DNA of 64,000 nucleotides, from NCBI GenBank assembly GCA_963666275.2, contig CAXXOA010000002.1, forward strand, positions 1,472,001-1,536,000, in the 5' to 3' direction. Position numbers and translations under genes: made by a program. The DNA is from Oceanispirochaeta sp. GTDB taxonomy: Bacteria; Spirochaetota; Spirochaetia; DSM-2461. The notes beneath the pieces are model-generated. The model did no database searches and had not been told where the DNA came from. It saw nothing but the letters and a program-made list of their open reading frames with translations. Below are positions 27,089 to 42,498 of the stretch, in pieces (position 1 is the first letter of the stretch; each line of letters opens with the position of its first letter).

Positions 27089-27268
27089 ATGAAAAAATTA
27101 AAAGCTTTTTTCTCAGAAAGCTATGGAGAGCTGAAGAAGGTAGTCTGGCCGGGAAGAGATTCTGTTGCCGCGTCTACGAAAGTTGTTCTGGTGTCAACCG
27201 TACTGTTTGCTCTCTTCTTTGGTGTTGTTGACTTCCTGCTGGTGAAAGGGCTTTTCTTTATTTTTTAA
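27089..27268 (+). CDS. secE: Preprotein translocase subunit SecE (59 aa, below ORF-track cutoff)
   Basis: Manual translation MKKLKAFFSESYGELKKVVWPGR...; ELKKVVWP motif, one TM, directly upstream of nusG. Confidence 0.95.
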   Translation: MKKLKAFFSESYGELKKVVWPGRDSVAASTKVVLVSTVLFALFFGVVDFLLVKGLFFIF

Positions 27269-27300
27269 AAAACAGCCTGTATTTTTGTAAAGGAAGAACA

Positions 27301-27855
27301 ATGGCGAAAGGTTGGTACGTTCTTCATACCTATTCCGGGTATGAAAACAAGATTGAGAAATACATTCGGCTTTACATGGAAGACGGTACCCTTGCAGGAT
27401 CAGTTCTTGATATCAAGGTTCCCGCGGAAGATGTGGTTGAAGTTAAAAACGGTAAGAAACGTACGGTTTCTAAAAAATTCCTCCCCGGTTACATTCTGCT
27501 TGAAATGGATCTCCCCGACAGGGGCTGGAAGAAAATATGTTCAGATATAAAAAAGATTCAGGGCGTTGTCGGGTTTGTGGGGTATGCCTCAGGGGCTAAG
27601 CCGCAGCCGATCAGTCAGGATGAGGCGAAATCAATCCTTCAGAAAACAGGTGCTATTAAAGCTGAGAAGCGGTACCAGTCCAAACAGGACTTTGCTGTGG
27701 GTGAAGAGGTTCGTGTTATCGAAGGTCCTTTTGAATCTTTCTCGGGTAATATCGAAGTGGTTAACCTTGAAAAAGGCAAGCTGCGGGTTATGGTCGGGAT
27801 TTTTGGAAGAAGTACTCCTGTAGAAGTTGATTTTTCTCAGGTTGAAAAAGTGTGA
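27301..27855 (+). CDS. nusG: Transcription termination/antitermination factor NusG
   Basis: WYVLHTYSGYENK, FLPGYIL, KOW motif VIEGPF. Confidence 0.98.
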   Translation: MAKGWYVLHTYSGYENKIEKYIRLYMEDGTLAGSVLDIKVPAEDVVEVKNGKKRTVSKKFLPGYILLEMDLPDRGWKKICSDIKKIQGVVGFVGYASGAKPQPISQDEAKSILQKTGAIKAEKRYQSKQDFAVGEEVRVIEGPFESFSGNIEVVNLEKGKLRVMVGIFGRSTPVEVDFSQVEKV

Positions 27856-27897
27856 TTGGATTACGGCAGGATTTTGTTCTGTCGTAGTTTTATATAC

Positions 27898-27937
27898 ATG
27901 GGAGTCTGTCCTCTTAAAAGGCAGACGTTTGCACCAT
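27898..27937 (+). promoter_or_regulatory. Probable L1-binding autoregulatory leader of rplK-rplA
   Basis: ATGGGAG-GTCTGTC/GGCAGAC stem-ACCAT forms two helices around an asymmetric loop, next to the rplK RBS. Confidence 0.6.
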
Positions 27938-27949
27938 AAGGAGTAAAAA

Positions 27950-28381
27950 ATGGCTAAGAAAAAGGTAACAGCTTATATTAAGCTTCAGGTACCTGCGGGA
28001 AAAGCAACTCCCGCTCCACCGGTCGGTCCGGCTCTCGGTCCTCACGGTGTTCCTGCGCCTCAGTTTGTTCAGCAGTTCAATGATAGAACCAGCAAATTTG
28101 AGCCGGGACTGACTATTCCTGTTGTTATTACAGTTTATAGCGACAGAAGTTTCACTTTCATTACAAAGACACCTCCTGCAGCGGTTCTTCTCAAGAAAGC
28201 GGCAAAGCTGGATAAAGGGTCTGCGGAACCTCATAAAGTAAAGGTTGCAACAGTAACCCGCGCTCAGGTACAGGAAATTGCTCAGACAAAAATGCCTGAC
28301 CTCAATGCTAACGACATTGATGCCGCTATCAGTATTATTTCCGGTACTGCAAGAAGTATGGGAATCAAGGTAGAGGGTTAA
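27950..28381 (+). CDS. rplK: 50S ribosomal protein L11
   Basis: [15 protein letters not shown]. Confidence 0.99.
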   Translation: MAKKKVTAYIKLQVPAGKATPAPPVGPALGPHGVPAPQFVQQFNDRTSKFEPGLTIPVVITVYSDRSFTFITKTPPAAVLLKKAAKLDKGSAEPHKVKVATVTRAQVQEIAQTKMPDLNANDIDAAISIISGTARSMGIKVEG

Positions 28382-28385
28382 TGAA

Positions 28386-29060
28386 GTGAAAAGAAGCAAG
28401 AAATATAAAGAGGCTGCTGCCAAGATCGATTCTGCAAAACTCTATGCAGTTTCAGAAGCGATCGGTCTTGTGAAAAGTGGTGCTTTCGCAAAATTTGATG
28501 AAACTGTTGAAGTTTCTGTTAAATTGAATATCAAGAAAAGTCACTCTATCCGCGATACTGTCAGTCTTCCCAATCAGTTTACTGCTGAAAAGAAGATCCT
28601 GGTTTTCGCCAAGGGTGATAAAGCTAAAGAAGCTCTGGAAGCCGGTGCTGCCTATGTTGGTGATGATGACCTTGTCGCCAAGATTAAAGACGGATGGCTG
28701 GATTTTGATATCTGTGTTGCTACTCCCGATATGATGAGGGAAGTTGGTAAACTGGGTCCTGTTCTCGGACGGAGAGGTCTTATGCCTAACCCCAAGACAA
28801 GAACGGTTACTATGGATGTTAAAGGTGCTATCGAAGAGCTGAAACAGGGTCGTGTTGAATATCGTGCCGACAAGACCGGAGTTGTTCACCTTGCTGTAGG
28901 AAAAGTTTCTATGGATGAGGGACAGATCCAGGAAAACTTTAATGCTTTCATGGGAGATCTTTCCAAAAAGAGACCTAGTGATGTAAAAGGCGATTTTGTT
29001 AAATCTGTCGCTGTTTCTTCAACCATGGGGCCTGGCGTTAAGGTAGAGGTTAAGGAGTAA
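28386..29060 (+). CDS. rplA: 50S ribosomal protein L1
   Basis: [24 protein letters not shown]. Confidence 0.99.
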   Translation: MKRSKKYKEAAAKIDSAKLYAVSEAIGLVKSGAFAKFDETVEVSVKLNIKKSHSIRDTVSLPNQFTAEKKILVFAKGDKAKEALEAGAAYVGDDDLVAKIKDGWLDFDICVATPDMMREVGKLGPVLGRRGLMPNPKTRTVTMDVKGAIEELKQGRVEYRADKTGVVHLAVGKVSMDEGQIQENFNAFMGDLSKKRPSDVKGDFVKSVAVSSTMGPGVKVEVKE

Positions 29061-29063
29061 GAG

Positions 29064-29594
29064 ATGGCGGAAAAAAAGATACAGCAGAACAAAATTGATG
29101 CCGTTGCTGCTCTTCGGGAACAGTTTGAAGGTGTTGAGAACTTTATTTTTACCGACTACCGCGGTTTGACTGTAGAGCAGGTGACTGATCTGCGGAACAA
29201 GCTCCGGGAACAGAATGCCGAGTATCATGTAATTAAGAACAATCTGGCAAAGATTGCTTTTAAAGAACTTGGTAAAGACGGGGTTGAGTCCTATCTTGTT
29301 GGTCCTACAGCAGTAGCTATGGCTCATGATGAAGCGGGTCCTGTTGCCAAAACTCTGATCGAGTTTGCAAAAGACAGTCCTGTGGAACTGAAGGCCGGAT
29401 ATTTTGAAGGAAATGTTTATGATGAAGCCGGAGTTGTGGCTTTTTCCAAGCTTCCTACAAGAATCGAGCTTATTGCAAAACTTATGGGTACAATGAATGC
29501 CCCTGTACAGAATGTGGCTTTTGCCCTGAACGCTGTTACAGAAAAGCTGGTTAGAACACTTGCTGCCGTTGCAGATGCAAAAGGTAACGAGTAA
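29064..29594 (+). CDS. rplJ: 50S ribosomal protein L10
   Basis: DYRGLTV, VIKNNL, GPTAVA. Confidence 0.98.
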   Translation: MAEKKIQQNKIDAVAALREQFEGVENFIFTDYRGLTVEQVTDLRNKLREQNAEYHVIKNNLAKIAFKELGKDGVESYLVGPTAVAMAHDEAGPVAKTLIEFAKDSPVELKAGYFEGNVYDEAGVVAFSKLPTRIELIAKLMGTMNAPVQNVAFALNAVTEKLVRTLAAVADAKGNE

Positions 29595-29670
29595 AATAAA
29601 TAAACAAACAGCGTTAGTCTTCTAATAGTTGCATGCTATCGCTGTTAAAAAACATTAAGGAGAAGGTAAT

Positions 29671-30051
29671 ATGACAACTGAAGAAATTCTGGATGCTATT
29701 GCAAACATGACTGTACTGGAAGTTTCCGAGCTGGTAAAAGCTATGGAAGACAAATTTGGTGTAACCGCTGCTGCTCCCGTAGCTGTAGCTGCTGCTCCCG
29801 CTGCTGGTGGAGACGCCGGCGCTGCTGCTGAAGAACAGTCTGAGTTTGACGTTATTCTTAAAGGTTTCGCTGATGGAAAGAAAATCGGCGTAATCAAAGA
29901 AGTTAGAGGCGTTACAGGTCTTGGTCTGAAAGAAGCTAAAGAAATGGTTGAAGGATCCGATTCTGTGGTCAAAGAAGGCGTTTCTAAAGAAGATGCAGCC
30001 AAGATCAAAGAGCAGCTCGAAGCTGCCGGTGCAACTGTTGAAATTAAATAA
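29671..30051 (+). CDS. rplL: 50S ribosomal protein L7/L12
   Basis: [19 protein letters not shown]. Confidence 0.99.
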   Translation: MTTEEILDAIANMTVLEVSELVKAMEDKFGVTAAAPVAVAAAPAAGGDAGAAAEEQSEFDVILKGFADGKKIGVIKEVRGVTGLGLKEAKEMVEGSDSVVKEGVSKEDAAKIKEQLEAAGATVEIK

Positions 30052-30089
30052 TAGAAGCGCAGTTATTTAGTATTGATTTTTTTACTCAT

Positions 30090-30122
30090 TTTACCACAGG
30101 GGCTAGGTGTCCCTGTGGTAAA
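30090..30122 (+). terminator. Strong hairpin between rplL and rpoB (attenuator/processing site)
   Basis: TTTACCACAGGG / CCCTGTGGTAAA perfect 12-bp stem; no clear downstream U-tract. Confidence 0.55.
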
Positions 30123-30142
30123 GTGTTATCAGGGGGTTTTTA

Positions 30143-33100
30143 GTGTTTGTTAGGGATAAGCTGGATCGCCGAACTTATATTGGTAAGGAATATGAAGAAG
30201 CAATTGATTTACCCAATCTCATAGATATTCAGTTGTCTTCATATGAAAAATTTCTCCAGACTACTGCCCTTAAAGGCGATGGGGAGCTGGTGAGTCAGGG
30301 GCTTGAAGAAGTATTCCGGGCAACATTTCCCATAGAAAGTGCCAACGGTGAGTTGGTTCTCGATTATGATTATTACACCCTCGATTATGACGGCGTTAAG
30401 ATGACTGAAGCTGAATGTAAGCGCAAGGGTCTTTCTTATGCTGTTCCTATCAAAGCCCGGATCAATCTGATCTTTCAGTCTACCGGAGAAATTCGGCAGA
30501 AAGAAATTTACATGGGCGATATTCCTCTTATGACAGATAGGGGGACGTTTATTATTAACGGTGCGGAAAGAGTTGTGGTATCTCAGATACACAGGTCTCC
30601 CGGTGTAATTTTTTCAGAAGAGAAAGGGGTGTATTCATCCCGTATAATTCCTTATAGAGGGTCATGGCTCGAATTTGAGATCGATCACAAAAAGGAATTG
30701 GTATATACAAAGATAGATAGAAAAAAACGTATTCTCGGTACTCTTTTTCTGAGAGCTCTCGGACTGGATACCAGGGAACAGATTATAGATCAGTTTTACA
30801 AAACAAAAACTGTAAAGGTAACCAATGAAAGAGAAGGGGCCAAGTCTCTTGTCGGAATGGTTTTTGCCAGAGCTGTTTATACTGAAATTGACGGCGTAAA
30901 GAAAAAACTTTACAGAGCGGGTGAAAAAATACATCCCCACGATACGGATGAACTTGTACACTCCAAGATCGAAAAAGTTGAAGTTGTGGATTTTGATCAT
31001 CCCGACTCTCTGAACAGTACTATTGTTCTCAACTGTTTTGAAAGGGAAGAATCAAAATACAATCAGGATGATCCCGAGCACGATGAGCCTACCAAGGAAG
31101 ATGCTCTGGCGTCTATTTACTCCGTACTGATGCCCGGTGAACCCATTACTGTAGAAAGTGCCGAGAAAGATCTGATTTCCATGTTCTTTTCAACAAGACG
31201 TTATGATCTCGGCCGTGTGGGACGTTACAAGCTGAACAAAAAATTCGACTATGAAAATCCCGAAGATTCTCATGTCCTTACCAGGGAAGATATCGCCAAT
31301 ACCATGGGCTATCTGATCCGTGTATACGACGGCGAAGCTTCAATTGATGATATCGATCACCTGGGAAACAGAAGGGTCCGGTCAGTTGGAGAGCTTCTTT
31401 CCAATGCTCTGAAAACAGCGTTCTCCAGAATGGAAAGAATTGCCAAAGAGAGAATGTCTCTGAAAGAAACAGAATCTCTCAAGCCTCAGGATCTTGTATC
31501 CATTAAGCCTATTGTGGCGGCGGTCAAGGAATTTTTCGGTTCCTCCCAGCTGTCTCAGTTTATGGATCAGGTTAATCCCCTTTCTGAGCTGACCCATAAA
31601 AGAAGACTTAATGCTCTTGGACCGGGAGGTCTTTCACGAGACAGAGCCGGTTTCGAGGTCAGGGATGTACACTACACTCATTACGGAAGGATGTGTCCCA
31701 TTGAAACTCCTGAAGGACCGAACATCGGCCTGATCGTTTCTCTGGCAAACTTCACCAGGGTGAATGACTACGGTTTTCTCGAAACTCCTTTCCGGAAGGT
31801 AGAAAACGGTCAGGTTTCCCATGAAGTTGAATACCTTTCCGCTATGGATGAGGAAAAATACTACATCGCACAGGCCAGTGCTTCTCTTTCAGACGATTGG
31901 AAGCTGCAGGATGATCTGGTAGCTGTTAGAAAGTCCGGTGACTATACAATTAAAAGTCCCGACGAAATCAAATATATGGACGTTTCGCCCCGGCAGATTA
32001 TCTCGACCGCGGCGTCTCTGATCCCTTTTCTGGAGCATGACGATGCCAACAGAGCCCTGATGGGTTGTAACATGCAGCGTCAGGCTGTTCCTCTCCTTTT
32101 TCCGGAAGCCCCTCTTGTGGGAACAGGAATGGAAGGAAAAGCCGCTTATGACTCCGGTGTCTGTATCAAGGCCAAGAGAGGTGGTACGGTCGCGTACGTC
32201 AGTTCTGAAGAGGTTCGGATACAGCCTGATGACAGCGATGCGGAAGTGCAGGATGTTTATCCTCTGATTAAATATCAGAGAACCAACCAGGATACCTGTT
32301 TTAACCAGAAACCCATTGTTTCAAAAGGGGAGAAGGTAGCTGATGGTGCCGTTCTGGCGGATGGTCCTTCCACAAAAAGCGGAGAGCTGTCCCTGGGTAG
32401 AAACCTTCTTGTAGGTTTTGTTCCCTGGAATGGATACAATTATGAGGATGCTGTACTGATTTCAGAAAAAGTTGTCAAAGATGACTACTATACATCTATT
32501 CATATTAAAGAATTTGTCACTGAAGTCAGAGAAACCAAGCTGGGACCTGAAAAACTGACCCGCGACATTCCCAATACTTCTGAGAAGGCTCTTGAGCAGC
32601 TCGATGAAGAGGGAATTGTAAGGATCGGAGCCAAGGTTAAATCCAGTTATATCCTCGTCGGAAAGGTCACTCCCAAATCTGAGACTGAAACGACGCCCGA
32701 ATTCAAACTGCTAAACTCCATCTTCGGAGAGAAGGCTAAAGAGGTCAGGGATACTTCCCTGAAGCTTCCTCATGGTGTGGAAGGAACCGTCATTGATGTA
32801 CAGAGACTGAAGAGATCTGAAGGCGATGATCTGAGTCCCGGTGTTGATGAAGTTGTGAAAGTTCTTATTGCCACCAAGAGAAAATTGAAAGAGGGCGACA
32901 AGATGGCCGGACGTCACGGAAACAAAGGTGTTGTTGCCCGTGTGCTCCCCGAAGAAGATATGCCCTATATGGAAGACGGTACTCCTCTTGAGGTTTGTCT
33001 GAACCCGCTCGGTGTACCTTCGCGAATGAATATCGGTCAGATCATGGAGACAATGCTGGGTATGGCAGGTGCCAGACTCGGTAAAATGTACGAAACTCCT

Positions 33101-33640
33101 GTTTTCAACTCCGCATCTACCGAAGAAATTTCCGCTGAGCTGGAAAAATCAGGACTGAACGGTGCTTCTAAAATCAAACTGTTTGACGGTTATACCGGAG
33201 AACCTTTTGAAAACCCCGTTTTTGTAGGTTACATGTACTATCTTAAGCTGCATCACCTTGTAGATGATAAGATGCATGCCCGTTCTACAGGTCCTTATTC
33301 ACTGGTTACTCAGCAGCCTCTGGGTGGTAAAGCCCAGTTCGGTGGTCAGAGACTGGGAGAAATGGAAGTTTGGGCTCTGGAAGCCTATGGTGCGGCTAAC
33401 ACTCTCCAGGAACTTATGACAATTAAATCAGATGATATGAACGGTCGTGCCAAGATATATGAAAGCATTGTTAAGGGTGATGCCACCACGGCAGCGGGAA
33501 TACCCGAATCCTTCAATGTTCTGGTTCAGGAATTGCGGGGTCTGGCTCTGGATGTTCGGATTTTCGATACGAAGGGAAAACAGATTCCTTTCACAGAAAG
33601 AGACGAAGAGTTGATTAGCAGACAGGGAAGCCGATTCTAG
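30143..33640 (+). CDS. rpoB: RNA polymerase beta subunit
   Basis: [40 protein letters not shown]. Confidence 0.99.
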   Translation: MFVRDKLDRRTYIGKEYEEAIDLPNLIDIQLSSYEKFLQTTALKGDGELVSQGLEEVFRATFPIESANGELVLDYDYYTLDYDGVKMTEAECKRKGLSYAVPIKARINLIFQSTGEIRQKEIYMGDIPLMTDRGTFIINGAERVVVSQIHRSPGVIFSEEKGVYSSRIIPYRGSWLEFEIDHKKELVYTKIDRKKRILGTLFLRALGLDTREQIIDQFYKTKTVKVTNEREGAKSLVGMVFARAVYTEIDGVKKKLYRAGEKIHPHDTDELVHSKIEKVEVVDFDHPDSLNSTIVLNCFEREESKYNQDDPEHDEPTKEDALASIYSVLMPGEPITVESAEKDLISMFFSTRRYDLGRVGRYKLNKKFDYENPEDSHVLTREDIANTMGYLIRVYDGEASIDDIDHLGNRRVRSVGELLSNALKTAFSRMERIAKERMSLKETESLKPQDLVSIKPIVAAVKEFFGSSQLSQFMDQVNPLSELTHKRRLNALGPGGLSRDRAGFEVRDVHYTHYGRMCPIETPEGPNIGLIVSLANFTRVNDYGFLETPFRKVENGQVSHEVEYLSAMDEEKYYIAQASASLSDDWKLQDDLVAVRKSGDYTIKSPDEIKYMDVSPRQIISTAASLIPFLEHDDANRALMGCNMQRQAVPLLFPEAPLVGTGMEGKAAYDSGVCIKAKRGGTVAYVSSEEVRIQPDDSDAEVQDVYPLIKYQRTNQDTCFNQKPIVSKGEKVADGAVLADGPSTKSGELSLGRNLLVGFVPWNGYNYEDAVLISEKVVKDDYYTSIHIKEFVTEVRETKLGPEKLTRDIPNTSEKALEQLDEEGIVRIGAKVKSSYILVGKVTPKSETETTPEFKLLNSIFGEKAKEVRDTSLKLPHGVEGTVIDVQRLKRSEGDDLSPGVDEVVKVLIATKRKLKEGDKMAGRHGNKGVVARVLPEEDMPYMEDGTPLEVCLNPLGVPSRMNIGQIMETMLGMAGARLGKMYETPVFNSASTEEISAELEKSGLNGASKIKLFDGYTGEPFENPVFVGYMYYLKLHHLVDDKMHARSTGPYSLVTQQPLGGKAQFGGQRLGEMEVWALEAYGAANTLQELMTIKSDDMNGRAKIYESIVKGDATTAAGIPESFNVLVQELRGLALDVRIFDTKGKQIPFTERDEELISRQGSRF

Positions 33641-33652
33641 CAGGGGGAATGA

Positions 33653-37903
<4,251 letters not shown>

Positions 37904-38007
37904 GTTTCCAGCGGGGGATTATGCTGACCCCTGATAAACATTTTTGCCCTGAAAATCTCTTTTTTTGACGTTTTGGGGTAAAAAACAGATATATATAATT
38001 TAAGCAG

Positions 38008-38037
38008 TTGACTCTTTTCAGGCAAATCTGTTAGAGT
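38008..38037 (+). promoter_or_regulatory. Putative sigma70 promoter for rpsL
   Basis: TTGACT-18 bp-TAGAGT with extended -10 TG. Confidence 0.5.
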
Positions 38038-38082
38038 CCTCTTGCTTTTGAGTAAATGATTGTAAAGGGAGATGGTATTTAA

Positions 38083-38457
38083 ATGCCTACTATAAATCAG
38101 TTAATCAGGAATGGGCGTAAGTCTGCAGTTAAAAAGACTACAGCTCCGGCCCTTCAGTCCTGCCCTCAGAAAAGAGGTGTATGTACAAGAGTTATGACCA
38201 TTACTCCTAAAAAGCCTAACTCCGCGCTTAGAAAAGTTGCCAGGGTTAGATTGACTAATGGTATTGAAGTAACAGCTTATATCCCCGGTATCGGACATAA
38301 CCTTCAGGAACACTCTGTAGTTGTTCTCAGGGGTGGAAGGGTAAAAGACCTTCCCGGTGTAAGATACAGGATTATCAGGGGTGCGAAAGATACTCTTGGT
38401 GTAGATGGTCGTAAACAGGCGCGTTCCAAGTATGGAACCAAGAAACCCAAGGCGTAA
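38083..38457 (+). CDS. rpsL: 30S ribosomal protein S12
   Basis: [21 protein letters not shown]. Confidence 0.99.
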   Translation: MPTINQLIRNGRKSAVKKTTAPALQSCPQKRGVCTRVMTITPKKPNSALRKVARVRLTNGIEVTAYIPGIGHNLQEHSVVVLRGGRVKDLPGVRYRIIRGAKDTLGVDGRKQARSKYGTKKPKA

Positions 38458-38468
38458 GGTGAGGTAAG

Positions 38469-38945
38469 ATGTCCAGAAGAAGAGAGGCTCCGGTCAGACC
38501 GTTAATGCCCGATTCCAAATACAGTAATACTACCGTTGAAAAATTCATCAAAAGAATGATGATGGACGGTAAAAAATCAACCAGCGCTAAATGCCTTTAC
38601 GGGGCAATGGAAGTCGTGAAAAATAAGAAAAGTACTGAAGACGGTGAGCTTCAGGTTTTTCTGAAAGCGCTGGAAAATGTAAAGCCTGCAGTGGAAGTTA
38701 AATCCAGAAGAGTGGGTGGTTCTACTTATCAGGTTCCCGTAGAAATCCGTGATTCCAGAAGGGAAGCGCTGGCTATGAGGTGGCTAATTGCCGCTGCTAG
38801 AAGCCGGAGCGGAAGAAGCATGAGCGAAAAGCTCAGTGCGGAAATCCTGGATGCTTTTAATTCTACAGGTTCTGCTTTCAAGAAGAAAGAAGATACCCAT
38901 AGAATGGCTGAAGCAAATAAGGCTTTCTCCCACTACAAGTGGTAG
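38469..38945 (+). CDS. rpsG: 30S ribosomal protein S7
   Basis: [22 protein letters not shown]. Confidence 0.99.
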   Translation: MSRRREAPVRPLMPDSKYSNTTVEKFIKRMMMDGKKSTSAKCLYGAMEVVKNKKSTEDGELQVFLKALENVKPAVEVKSRRVGGSTYQVPVEIRDSRREALAMRWLIAAARSRSGRSMSEKLSAEILDAFNSTGSAFKKKEDTHRMAEANKAFSHYKW

Positions 38946-38960
38946 GGGTCTGAGAATAGG

Positions 38961-39297
38961 GAGTCGGCAATCAGATGTTATGCTGGCCGACTCTTTCCTC
39001 GGCGGAATGCCTCGAGAAATCCTTTAGATGATTTTAAGAGGCCGCTACTGCGACAGAGGTTTTCAGTAATAACAGACGGTATGAACCGTAAAGTTATTCG
39101 TTATAGCCAAACCGTTTTATGAAAAATAGGTGGCTGAATATGCTGTTATGAAAACAAAAAGGTTAATATCTCCTTTTAAATCTGTACTTTAGTGAAAATT
39201 CTGCCGAAAAAAACTACTTTCTTGCCATTGGATGTTGAGCTGGTATGACGTTTCTTGTTAATATCACCTTCGATGCCCGGAAGTGGCATAAGAAAAG
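38961..39297 (+). ncRNA. Candidate structured RNA / tuf leader of unknown family
   Basis: Non-coding 387-bp gap with many nested complementary segments (see findings); no known family recognised. Confidence 0.4.
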
Positions 39298-39332
39298 AGT
39301 GTTGTTTTTTTTAAAATGCCTAGGAGGTAGAA

Positions 39333-40520
39333 ATGGCTAAAGACAAATTTCAGAGAACCAAACCGCACGTTAACGTCGGAACAATTGGTCACGTTGACCA
39401 CGGTAAAACAACTCTAACTGCAGCGATCTCTATGTACTGTGCCGCCAAAGCGGGTGGTAAAGTAATGAGCTATGAAGATATCGATAATGCTCCTGAAGAA
39501 AGAGAACGTGGTATTACTATCAACACAAGACACGTTGAGTATGAAACAGAAGCACGTCACTATGCTCACGTTGACTGTCCCGGACATGCTGACTACATCA
39601 AGAACATGATTACTGGTGCTGCTCAGATGGACGGTGCTGTACTGCTGGTAGCTGCTGACTCAGGACCCGAACCCCAGACAAGAGAGCACATCCTGCTCGG
39701 CCGTCAGGTTGGTATTCCCAAAATGATCGTTTTCATGAACAAACTCGACCTGGCTGACCCCGAACTGGTAGACCTGGTAGAGATGGAAGTTCGTGAACTC
39801 CTCGATGAGTACGGATACCCCGGAGATGATACTCCCATTATCAAAGGTTCTGCTTTCGAAGCTATGTCTAACATTGAAGACGGTGATAAGACTGCCTGTA
39901 TTCAGGAGCTGCTGGATGCCATGGACTCTTACTTCCCTCTTCCCGAAAGAGCTGTTGATCAGCCCTTCCTGATGCCTATCGAAGACGTTTTCTCAATTTC
40001 CGGTCGTGGTACTGTAGTAACCGGTCGTATTGAGCAGGGTGTTGTACACGTTGGTGACGAAATCGAAATCGTTGGTGTTAGAGACACTCAGAAAACTACC
40101 TGTACCGGTGTTGAGATGTTCAACAAACTTCTGGACGAAGGACAGGCTGGTGACAACATCGGAGCTCTTCTCCGTGGTGTTGACAAGAAAGAGGTTCAGA
40201 GAGGACAGGTTCTTTGTAAACCCGGTTCCATTCTGCCCCACACGAAGTTCAAAGCTCAGCTGTATTGTCTGACAAAAGAAGAGGGTGGTAGACACAATCC
40301 TTTCTTTACCGGTTACAGACCCCAGTTCTACTTCAGAACTACCGACATTACCGGTACAGTTACTCTTCCAGAAGATAAGCAGATGGTTATGCCCGGTGAT
40401 AACACTGAGATCGCCGCTGAACTGATTCACCCGATCGCTATGGACAAAGGTCTCCGCTTCGCTATTCGTGAAGGTGGAAGAACCGTTGCCTCTGGTCAGG
40501 TTGTAGAAATTATCGAATAA
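39333..40520 (+). CDS. tuf: Elongation factor Tu
   Basis: [21 protein letters not shown]. Confidence 0.99.
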   Translation: MAKDKFQRTKPHVNVGTIGHVDHGKTTLTAAISMYCAAKAGGKVMSYEDIDNAPEERERGITINTRHVEYETEARHYAHVDCPGHADYIKNMITGAAQMDGAVLLVAADSGPEPQTREHILLGRQVGIPKMIVFMNKLDLADPELVDLVEMEVRELLDEYGYPGDDTPIIKGSAFEAMSNIEDGDKTACIQELLDAMDSYFPLPERAVDQPFLMPIEDVFSISGRGTVVTGRIEQGVVHVGDEIEIVGVRDTQKTTCTGVEMFNKLLDEGQAGDNIGALLRGVDKKEVQRGQVLCKPGSILPHTKFKAQLYCLTKEEGGRHNPFFTGYRPQFYFRTTDITGTVTLPEDKQMVMPGDNTEIAAELIHPIAMDKGLRFAIREGGRTVASGQVVEIIE

Positions 40521-40531
40521 GAATTATAGAT

Positions 40532-40563
40532 GCACCCTGCTGAATAATGGGCAGGGTGTTTTT
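40532..40563 (+). terminator. Intrinsic terminator/attenuator between tuf and rpsJ
   Basis: CACCCTGC / GCAGGGTG stem followed by TTTTT. Confidence 0.75.
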
Positions 40564-40574
40564 CTGGAGGAATA

Positions 40575-40883
40575 ATGGGTAAGGAACGGATACGCGTTAG
40601 ACTGAGAGGGTTTGACGTTGAATTGATTGATCAGAGTGCAAAAGCCATTGTTCAGGCTGTTCAGAAACAGGGTAGTAAAGTTTCTGGGCCGATCCCTCTG
40701 CCTACGCGGATTAATAAATTTACCGTTTTGAAATCGACTTTTGTAAACAAGAAGTCCAGAGAACAGTTTGAAATGCGGACTCACAAGAGATTGATAGATA
40801 TTTTAGAGCCAACCTCTGCTGTGATGGATGCTCTCATGAAACTCGAGCTGCCTGCTGGAGTTGATGTTGAGATCAAACAGTAA
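40575..40883 (+). CDS. rpsJ: 30S ribosomal protein S10
   Basis: [19 protein letters not shown]. Confidence 0.99.
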   Translation: MGKERIRVRLRGFDVELIDQSAKAIVQAVQKQGSKVSGPIPLPTRINKFTVLKSTFVNKKSREQFEMRTHKRLIDILEPTSAVMDALMKLELPAGVDVEIKQ

Positions 40884-40905
40884 GTAAAGATTGTTGAGGT
40901 ATTAA

Positions 40906-41526
40906 ATGATTGGTTTGATTGGCAAAAAAGCTGGAATGACCCAGGTGTTTGATGAAGAAGGTACATTGACTCCTGTTACTGTAATACAAATAGAGCCTAA
41001 TGTTGTTGTAGCCAATAGAACAGTAGAAAAAGATGGTTACGATGCGGTTGTACTTGGGTCTTTAGATATGAAATCCAGCCATGTTACAAAACCTTATGCA
41101 GGTCAGTTTAAAGATGATACTGCGCCCAAAAAGCATGTTATGGAAATCCGGGATTTTGAGAAAGAATGTAATGTTGGCGATTCTTTCGGTGTAGAGATTA
41201 TCGAAGATCTCGCATTTGTTGATGTTATCGGAACTTCCAAGGGTAAAGGTTTTCAGGGTGTTATGAAGCGCCACAACTTCAGTGGTGGACGTGCAACGCA
41301 CGGTTCAAAATTTCATAGGGCCAACGGTTCTACCGGTATGGCTGCGTATCCTTCAAAAGTAATTAAGGGTACAAAAATGGCTGGCCGCATGGGTGGCGAA
41401 AGAAAGACTGTTCAGAATCTGGAAGTAGTTCGAGTAGATGCTGAAAAGAATATAGTATTGGTTAAGGGTGCTGTACCCGGTACTAAGAATAGTATCGTTT
41501 TAGTGCGCAAGGCCAAAAAGAAATAG
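40906..41526 (+). CDS. rplC: 50S ribosomal protein L3
   Basis: GKKAGMTQ, SKGKGFQG. Confidence 0.99.
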   Translation: MIGLIGKKAGMTQVFDEEGTLTPVTVIQIEPNVVVANRTVEKDGYDAVVLGSLDMKSSHVTKPYAGQFKDDTAPKKHVMEIRDFEKECNVGDSFGVEIIEDLAFVDVIGTSKGKGFQGVMKRHNFSGGRATHGSKFHRANGSTGMAAYPSKVIKGTKMAGRMGGERKTVQNLEVVRVDAEKNIVLVKGAVPGTKNSIVLVRKAKKK

Positions 41527-41535
41527 AGGATTATT

Positions 41536-42162
41536 ATGGACAAAAAAGTCTTTTCAATTGAAGGAAAAGAGCTGCGTACTATAACTCTTGATGATTCAGT
41601 ATTCGCCCGCGAGGTTAGCGAAGGTTCAATATATAACGCTATAAAGAATGAACTTGCAAATAAAAGAGTTGGTACAGCCAGCACAAAAACCAGGAGTGAG
41701 GTTCGCGGAACAACTGCGAAACCCTGGCGTCAGAAAGGAACTGGTCGTGCCAGAGCCGGACGCAGAAGATCTCCTGTATGGGTAGGTGGTGGAATCACTT
41801 TCGGCCCCAAACCCAGGGATTACAGCTATGTACTTCCCAAGAAAATCAAACAGCTTGCAATGAAGTCCATACTGAGTCTCAAAGCTCAGAGTGAAGATAG
41901 ATTTAAGGTTGTTGAGGATTTCACTGTTGAATCCGGTAAAACCAAGGATATGAAAACTATCCTGAGTGCTCTGGTGGATGGTGAAAAAACCGTTGTTGTT
42001 CTTAAGGATGACGACTCCATGGTCAGAAGAGCCGGACGGAATCTGCCTAACGTAAGATTTCTCTCCTATAACAGACTGAGTGCTCACACTCTTTTTTATG
42101 GAAAGAATATCGTGGTTATGGAAGGTGCGGCTACCAAACTGAACGAATTTTATGGTGGATGA
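41536..42162 (+). CDS. rplD: 50S ribosomal protein L4
   Basis: KPWRQKGTGRARAG. Confidence 0.99.
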   Translation: MDKKVFSIEGKELRTITLDDSVFAREVSEGSIYNAIKNELANKRVGTASTKTRSEVRGTTAKPWRQKGTGRARAGRRRSPVWVGGGITFGPKPRDYSYVLPKKIKQLAMKSILSLKAQSEDRFKVVEDFTVESGKTKDMKTILSALVDGEKTVVVLKDDDSMVRRAGRNLPNVRFLSYNRLSAHTLFYGKNIVVMEGAATKLNEFYGG

Positions 42163-42170
42163 GGTCGGAT

Positions 42171-42485
42171 ATGGATGCCTATAAAGTAATAATCGAACCT
42201 GTCTTGACAGAAAAGTCCAATGTTCTCCGCGAAGGGGAATCCAGGAAGTATGTCTTCAAGGTAGATAAAAAAGCTAACAAAATCCAGGTTATGAGTGCTG
42301 TAAAAGACCTCTTCTCTGTAAATCCTGTGAGCTGCAACATTGTTAATGTCAATGGAAAGAAAAAAGCGAACGTTCCTGTTTCTGCCAACAGTTTTAAAAG
42401 AGGTTATGGTAGAACAGCGAGCTGGAAAAAAGCAATTGTGACCCTCACTGCCGGTGAGAAGATCGATGCTTTTGAAGGTGTATAA
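42171..42485 (+). CDS. rplW: 50S ribosomal protein L23
   Basis: PVLTEKS, WKKAIVTL; start may alternatively be 42159. Confidence 0.97.
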   Translation: MDAYKVIIEPVLTEKSNVLREGESRKYVFKVDKKANKIQVMSAVKDLFSVNPVSCNIVNVNGKKKANVPVSANSFKRGYGRTASWKKAIVTLTAGEKIDAFEGV

Positions 42486-42498
42486 TTAGGAGGCTTCT

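Noticed and set aside
38946..39332. tmRNA, SRP, RNase P, 6S RNA or fusA pseudogene
   Set aside because: No TPsiC/CCA end, no SRP GGAA-loop motif, no GAGGAAAGTCC, and no EF-G-like peptide recognised. Kept only as an unknown structured RNA.
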